Shown: piece by piece, positions 33,640-39,225 of the stretch | Layout: each line of letters begins with the position of its first letter | Numbering within the stretch: position 1 is the first letter of the stretch | From: Octopus bimaculoides | Lineage: Eukaryota | Direction of reading: 5' to 3' | DNA: 39,225 nt | NCBI RefSeq assembly: GCF_001194135.2 | Contig: NC_068987.1 | Coordinates: 30,343,214 to 30,382,438 of the forward strand | Position numbers and translations under genes: made by a program | The notes under the pieces: generated by a model | What the model saw: the letters and a program-made list of their open reading frames with translations, nothing else | Told to the model about the DNA's origin: nothing | The model's database searches: none

Positions 33640-35600
33640 TATCCATACAAGCAGGCATCACTGTAGTAGTGGTGAGCCAGGGGTTGTGTTAATGAAAGAT
33701 TTGTTACTGAACAACCTGATGTTTGTATGTGTTGTATCTAGCCACAACAACTCTGACCCAGATATGGAGCAGTATTCCAATGTGGACTATGCTAGTATTT
33801 TGAAAATCGTCAGCAACAGATATCTTTGGTCTGAAAGAAGAATCCTAATCTTCTGAAATCAGCGTTGAGCAGTATTATATATCTGTGAAGGTTTACCTTA
33901 TGAGGTTTCCATCGATTGTGAAATCTCATTTGCAGTGACTGAAAGTTTTAATAGTGTGTTGGTATAAGACTATCTTGAAAGAAATTAAGTGGATATGATT
34001 TGTTTGGAAGATGTTTTCAACATATCCACTTACAAAAGCAGTACATCTCTAATGTGATTGTCTCCGGTGTATGTCGAAGACATCTGAGCAGAAGGTTAAG
34101 AAAATGTATAAACTGCATATTGTGTTGTTTGTAAGGATAGCAAGTAAGTTGTTTGTCTATAGAAGGAAGTATATGAAACACATTGCCAAACATTAGGAAA
34201 CACCAGAGTTAGTAGGTCACGTGCTGAAGATAGCTCCCACTAATGCACACTGATGTTTCTCAGATTTCTGATTTTAAAAGTGGAAGATGGATGCTATAGC
34301 TTAGCTATTTAGGAAGTCCTCGTTTCAGACATGGTGGAATGTCATAGACAAGTTAATGCTTTAACATTTACACTGACCGTATCAGGTCCAAATATTCTAC
34401 TTGTTTTATGTTCAAACTGACCAAATTTGATCTCTCAGACCTACCCTACAATGTCATTCAAAAATAGACAATCACATCATTGAAATCTGGGAACTACAAA
34501 ATAATGCATGATTAAATCAAAACAATGTAGATAAATAAGCATCACATTTGACAGAGTAATCTGAATAGTATTGGGTTGATGGCTACATTAGTTTGAAAGA
34601 TGAGATACCATTGTGGAGTGATAAAACGGAGCAGGTTTCCACATGGAAACTCTTTAGGTGATCACTGAGAAGAGAGTGTGATGGTCATCTTTGGCATGTT
34701 GGAAACTGAGACAAAGGTTGATATTTTTCAGAGTGTAATAGAAGTTGCCTTTCATTAGAATGTCTGATGTATTCATACATTGTAATAGATTTCAAATAAA
34801 GACAAATTTAGAAGTTTGATAAGGATAGTGGAGTAGTTCTGCATATGTTCATTGGGCTTAATGGGAGAAGGTGAACCATAAATTAACTTATTGGGTGGAA
34901 AGTGATCAAATAAGAGTTTTCCTTTAGTAACTCTACGTGGTGGTAAGAAAATTAGTATAGAGAAAGAGTTTTAGAGAAGTTCTGTTATGCATGTTGTTGT
35001 AAGGGAAAAATTGAGTAGCATACAGTGTCTATTTGTAGGTGGATGAAGAGTGATGGATTGGAGGATTCTGTAAAATTGGTAAAGACACTTTTAATAAGAC
35101 ATCAGAAGATCTAATAGCAAAGTAAAAAGTGTGAGAGTGTTTTTTGTTTGACATACACAAAGGAATCCTTTCATTTGTTTGATATCCATTTTAAAAGCCT
35201 TGCAGTGGTGAGTAAATAAATATCTACTTGAAGGTGGGTGACTTTTTTCAAGTACTGTAAATTGGCTATATGAGATAATCCTGTGATTGAATCATTTGGC
35301 AATCTTGGTATTGTAGGGAATTGAGTGAGTGAGAGATATGGAGAGAGAGAGACCTACTACAAAGGATATTGTTGATCACACTCATTCAGTGATCTTGGAT
35401 AAGTTGGAAGTGAAACATATTTGCTTTGTTTGTTTCATAGAAATGACTAATTGGTTTACTTGAAGCAAGAAGCTGGGGTTATATAATTTGAAGATGAGGT
35501 GAGACAATATTATTTTCATTTCTTTATTACCAAAGAGATTCATAAATCAACTGAGGGGACTTTGAGTGAATGCTTGAGCCGTAAATAACTGTATACCAAC
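33640..35600 (+). mobile_element. probable highly decayed Ty3/Gypsy pol relic
   Basis: Scattered motif echoes in RT-to-integrase order: GLPYEVSIDCEI (cf. RLPFG.SSA.EIF), MICLEDV (cf. YLDD) and YLKVGDFFKY (cf. VDYFSKY). Very degenerate; ends guessed. Confidence 0.35.
34353..34579. mobile_element. older copy of the same piggyBac-type MITE
   Basis: Collinear similarity to 16897-17116 (CCAAATATT, TCAAACTG, ACAATGTCAT, ATCACATCAT, AAATAAGCAT.ACATTTG); TIRs are degenerate. Confidence 0.75.
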
Positions 35601-35904
35601 TTTTGCCCGCATCTGTATTGTTCAAGTGTTGTAGTATAAATGAGACAAAAAGTTTTCAACATAATTTCAGTATGTTCTTTCTTGACAGGTTAATTTATTA
35701 CCTACTAGCAACAGTTAGTAAAAATCTGTACATAGCAGAATAAGTTACGTCTTTGAGATTAAACTATGTGTGCATATGTAAGATACAAAAATTAATCACG
35801 TCAAAACATGTATGTATACAGATGCCCACACTGTATATACATGTATCTGTGTGTGAAAGGGACAAAGTTAGTGAGAAACACAATTCAAGAGTTACCATTA
35901 TATA

Positions 35905-36880
35905 TCGTCATCATCATTTAATGTCCACCTTCCATGCTGGTGTGGAGCTAGCCAGGCAGAAGCCTGCACCAGACTTCTGTGACTGTTTTGGCAGGATTTT
36001 TTCAGCTGGATACCCTTCCTAACCCAATCACCCAACAGAGTGAACTTAGTGCTTTTTACATGGCACAAGCACAGGCGAGGTCAGTTTCAGCAAGTATTTT
36101 TACAGTTGAATGCCCTTCTAAACACCAACCACTTTACAGTGTGGACTGGATGCTTTTTAAGTGACACCTGGACTGACAAAAATCTTTTGAAGGGGGAGGG
36201 GGAATTAGAGGAGGTGATCTTGTGTTAGATGATGAAAGATTATAGTGAAACAGAGATAGAAACAGGTGTCTTATTGTAGAGGAGGTACAAGGTTACCCGG
36301 CCAGAGAGATCAGGAATGAGGACAAAAATAGGCATGCTGTTGCAAAGGAAATATATGGTTACCAAAGGAAGATACATGACTACCCAACCTGAAGGAAATG
36401 CAGGAGGAGAAGGAGAAAGTGGGAGACAGCAGGATAGAGATGGTGGCAAAGTGTCAGGCATACTTACAAAGGACAGGGATCAGAATATAAATGGGATGGT
36501 TGAATAAAGGCAGAGAGAGATATAGATAGTGGCAAGTGCCCTTGAGGTTCAAAGGTCATAATGTAAGTGGCAGGATATTGCCACAGAAGCGTGATTAGAG
36601 AGTTGGTGGGAAATGAGTGGTGTTAAACCTAAGTATATAGAGGGGGGGGGGACTTCTGCATAGCAATGATACAGAGAAATGGGGCTGTGAGGACAGGATT
36701 GAAGAGTGAGAGGTAAGGATAGTGCATGAAGGAGGAAATGTGAGGAAGTGATGTAGATTGGTTTGTTGGGGTAGGGTGTGTGAAAAGTTTTCCTGTTACA
36801 TGTAGATAGAACACACAAATCAGGGGCTAGCAGATAGCAATGCTACAGTGAGACAGGGCCAAAAGAGCAGGATTGGGGAG
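35905..36880 (-). mobile_element. long non-autonomous repeat with RTE-type tail
   Basis: Left end CATCATCATTTAATGTCCACCTTCCATGCT is the RTE tail reversed. Two internal copies of the GCCA(C/T)GTAAAAAGCAC module; purine-rich body; right end approximate. Confidence 0.65.
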
Positions 36881-36907
36881 TGGGATATATCTATGTATTT
36901 AAAAGAG

Positions 36908-37035
36908 TCTGCTGCTCAGTTTCCATTTACCAAATCCCACTCAAGATTTTCGTCAACCCAAATCTTGCTCAAGGTAATATAGGATTGAAGCTAGAACCAT
37001 ATAATCACAAAGAAACTTTAACCACTCAACCATAT
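36908..37035 (-). mobile_element. SINE family A head, degenerate
   Basis: CAGTTTCCATTTACCAAATCCCACTCAAG...TGCTCAAGGT...TTAACCACTCAACCA is the reverse complement of the head. Confidence 0.6.
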
Positions 37036-37132
37036 TAGTCCCAAACTGTTAAGGAAGTATATTGAAAATATTTGCTAAAACTAAACAAAGATGTTCATTA
37101 AAAAAAAAAATTAAAGTTAAAAAAACAAATGA

Positions 37133-38050
37133 NNNNNNNNNNNNNNNNNNNNNNNNNNNNNNNNNNNNNNNNNNNNNNNNNNNNNNNNNNNNNNNNNNNN
37201 NNNNNNNNNNNNNNNNNNNNNNNNNNNNNNNNNNNNNNNNNNNNNNNNNNNNNNNNNNNNNNNNNNNNNNNNNNNNNNNNNNNNNNNNNNNNNNNNNNNN
37301 NNNNNNNNNNNNNNNNNNNNNNNNNNNNNNNNNNNNNNNNNNNNNNNNNNNNNNNNNNNNNNNNNNNNNNNNNNNNNNNNNNNNNNNNNNNNNNNNNNNN
37401 NNNNNNNNNNNNNNNNNNNNNNNNNNNNNNNNNNNNNNNNNNNNNNNNNNNNNNNNNNNNNNNNNNNNNNNNNNNNNNNNNNNNNNNNNNNNNNNNNNNN
37501 NNNNNNNNNNNNNNNNNNNNNNNNNNNNNNNNNNNNNNNNNNNNNNNNNNNNNNNNNNNNNNNNNNNNNNNNNNNNNNNNNNNNNNNNNNNNNNNNNNNN
37601 NNNNNNNNNNNNNNNNNNNNNNNNNNNNNNNNNNNNNNNNNNNNNNNNNNNNNNNNNNNNNNNNNNNNNNNNNNNNNNNNNNNNNNNNNNNNNNNNNNNN
37701 NNNNNNNNNNNNNNNNNNNNNNNNNNNNNNNNNNNNNNNNNNNNNNNNNNNNNNNNNNNNNNNNNNNNNNNNNNNNNNNNNNNNNNNNNNNNNNNNNNNN
37801 NNNNNNNNNNNNNNNNNNNNNNNNNNNNNNNNNNNNNNNNNNNNNNNNNNNNNNNNNNNNNNNNNNNNNNNNNNNNNNNNNNNNNNNNNNNNNNNNNNNN
37901 NNNNNNNNNNNNNNNNNNNNNNNNNNNNNNNNNNNNNNNNNNNNNNNNNNNNNNNNNNNNNNNNNNNNNNNNNNNNNNNNNNNNNNNNNNNNNNNNNNNN
38001 NNNNNNNNNNNNNNNNNNNNNNNNNNNNNNNNNNNNNNNNNNNNNNNNNN
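37133..38050. other. assembly gap (N)
   Basis: Run of N. Confidence 1.
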
Positions 38051-38499
38051 TCATTAAACCTTTTTATAACACATGGTGTTTTGGTATGTGTGGCCAAAAA
38101 GACCAAATATTAGGAAAGCTTAAAAACAATATAATACATTTATCACAATAAGAAAACCTAAAACAACACTATATATATGTAAATAAATCAAATAACAAGA
38201 ATAAATGTTTCTGTGAAAAGACAAAAATATGTACTGAAAGACGATCCCTGACTGGCTATTTACACTTTGAAACCAACCATTCACAACATTCATTTCATCA
38301 GGCCAATGGATCAGGCTCAAAGTCCTTTCAACTTGTATCCTTTGGGTTGATCAATCGACCCATGTATCCCAAGAAGGTTAAACAGGAATGATCTGCAAGA
38401 CATCTGAGGCTGGAAACATTACCACTTTGCTTTGCTTTCATCTTGTATTCTTTTTATTGTTGTTCAGCAGTAAATTATGACCATGTCAAAGGTTTCCTT

Positions 38500-38566
38500 C
38501 AGTCAAGTACTTATTAAAGTCTGGTACTTATTTTATTGATTTCTTTTCATCAAATTGCTAAGTTAC
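38500..38566 (-). mobile_element. SINE family A tail fragment
   Basis: GGTACTTATTTTATTGATTTCTTTTCATCAAATTGCTAAGTTAC resembles the reverse complement of the type 1 tail. Confidence 0.55.
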
Positions 38567-38904
38567 TTTTCAAGACTACAGTTTAAAAAAAATTTGCTTT
38601 AAATTTAAAAGCTCAGTAAACCTAGTTAGACCTGGACAATCACATACACACAAGCACACACATATATATATAATTTAAAATCATCTTTCCAAAGTTCCTC
38701 TTTGGGTACCTGCTACCAGATGTTATCATACTGTACAACTTCTTTTTCTGGATATACGTGTGGAAATTTACAATTATTCTATAGTGTATATACAAAAGAA
38801 TTTTAATACAATGGAATGAAAAAGCTACAATTGTTTCAGTGCCTCACTATCAGTTGGTAATTGCTGAATGTTGCATATAGTGTTAAATAAATGTATGTAT
38901 GTAT

Positions 38905-39225
38905 AGGCGCAGGAGTGGTTGTGTGGTAAGTAACTTGCTTACCAACCACATGATTCTGGGTTCAGTCCCAATGCGTGGCACCTTGGGTAAGTGTCTTCTA
39001 CTATAGCCTTGGGTCGACCAAAGCCTTGTGAGTGGATTTGGTAGACGGAAACTGAAAGAAGCCTGTCGTATATATGTATATATATGTATGTCTGTGTATA
39101 TGTTTGCGTGTCTGTGTTTGTCCCCCCAACATCGCTTGACAACCGATGCTGGTGTGTTTACGTCCCCGTAACTTAGCGGTTCGGCAAAAGAGATCGATAG
39201 AATAAGTACTAGGCTTCCAAAGAAT
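38905..39225 (+). mobile_element. tRNA-derived SINE family A, young copy running off the window
   Basis: A box TGGTTGTGTGG, B box GGTTCAGTCCC, CORE-like CCTTGGGTAAGT, (TA/TG)n spacer, tail GTCCCCGTAACTTAGCGGTTCGGCAAAAGAG. Confidence 0.88.

Noticed and set aside
37062-38151. Long ORFs of 318-340 aa
   Set aside because: They consist of X residues across the N gap; artefacts.
38180-38380. About 65-70 stop-free codons on the plus strand ending at AAG|GTTAAA
   Set aside because: No acceptor, no start codon, no recognisable motif; a frame of this length is expected by chance.
25420-39225. A second protein-coding gene downstream of KIF21
   Set aside because: I found no spliceable, recognisable exons on either strand; small exons or a convergent 3' UTR cannot be excluded by eye.

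Overview
AT-rich, repeat-dense eukaryotic genomic DNA with three assembly gaps. It is not prokaryotic, so most entries in the ORF track are not genes. The repeat landscape (tRNA-head SINEs with (GT)n/(TA)n cores, RTE tails, several mariner families) looks like an octopod cephalopod; that is my inference from remembered repeat families and was not searched. The only host gene I can support is the 3' part of a KIF21A/B-like kinesin-4 on the + strand. Ten exons (4173-25418) splice in frame from the ARRRT linker motif through the C-terminal WD40 propeller to TAA at 25416-25418, and one junction only works with a GC donor at 6790. Introns and the downstream region contain four mariner relics, a CR1-clade LINE, RTE and L2-like fragments, probable Gypsy relics, piggyBac-type MITEs and many SINEs. 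The most unusual structure is a Penelope-like retroelement 3' module (14239-15136, with a partial copy at 10979-11215). In it the endonuclease-like ORF stop is followed within about 8 nt by a tRNA-like unit with Pol III A/B boxes, then an (AAT)n tract, then a minimal type I hammerhead ribozyme. The module is arranged as a large inverted repeat inside the kinesin pre-mRNA. Half of a second hammerhead family appears at the edge of the 19311 gap.
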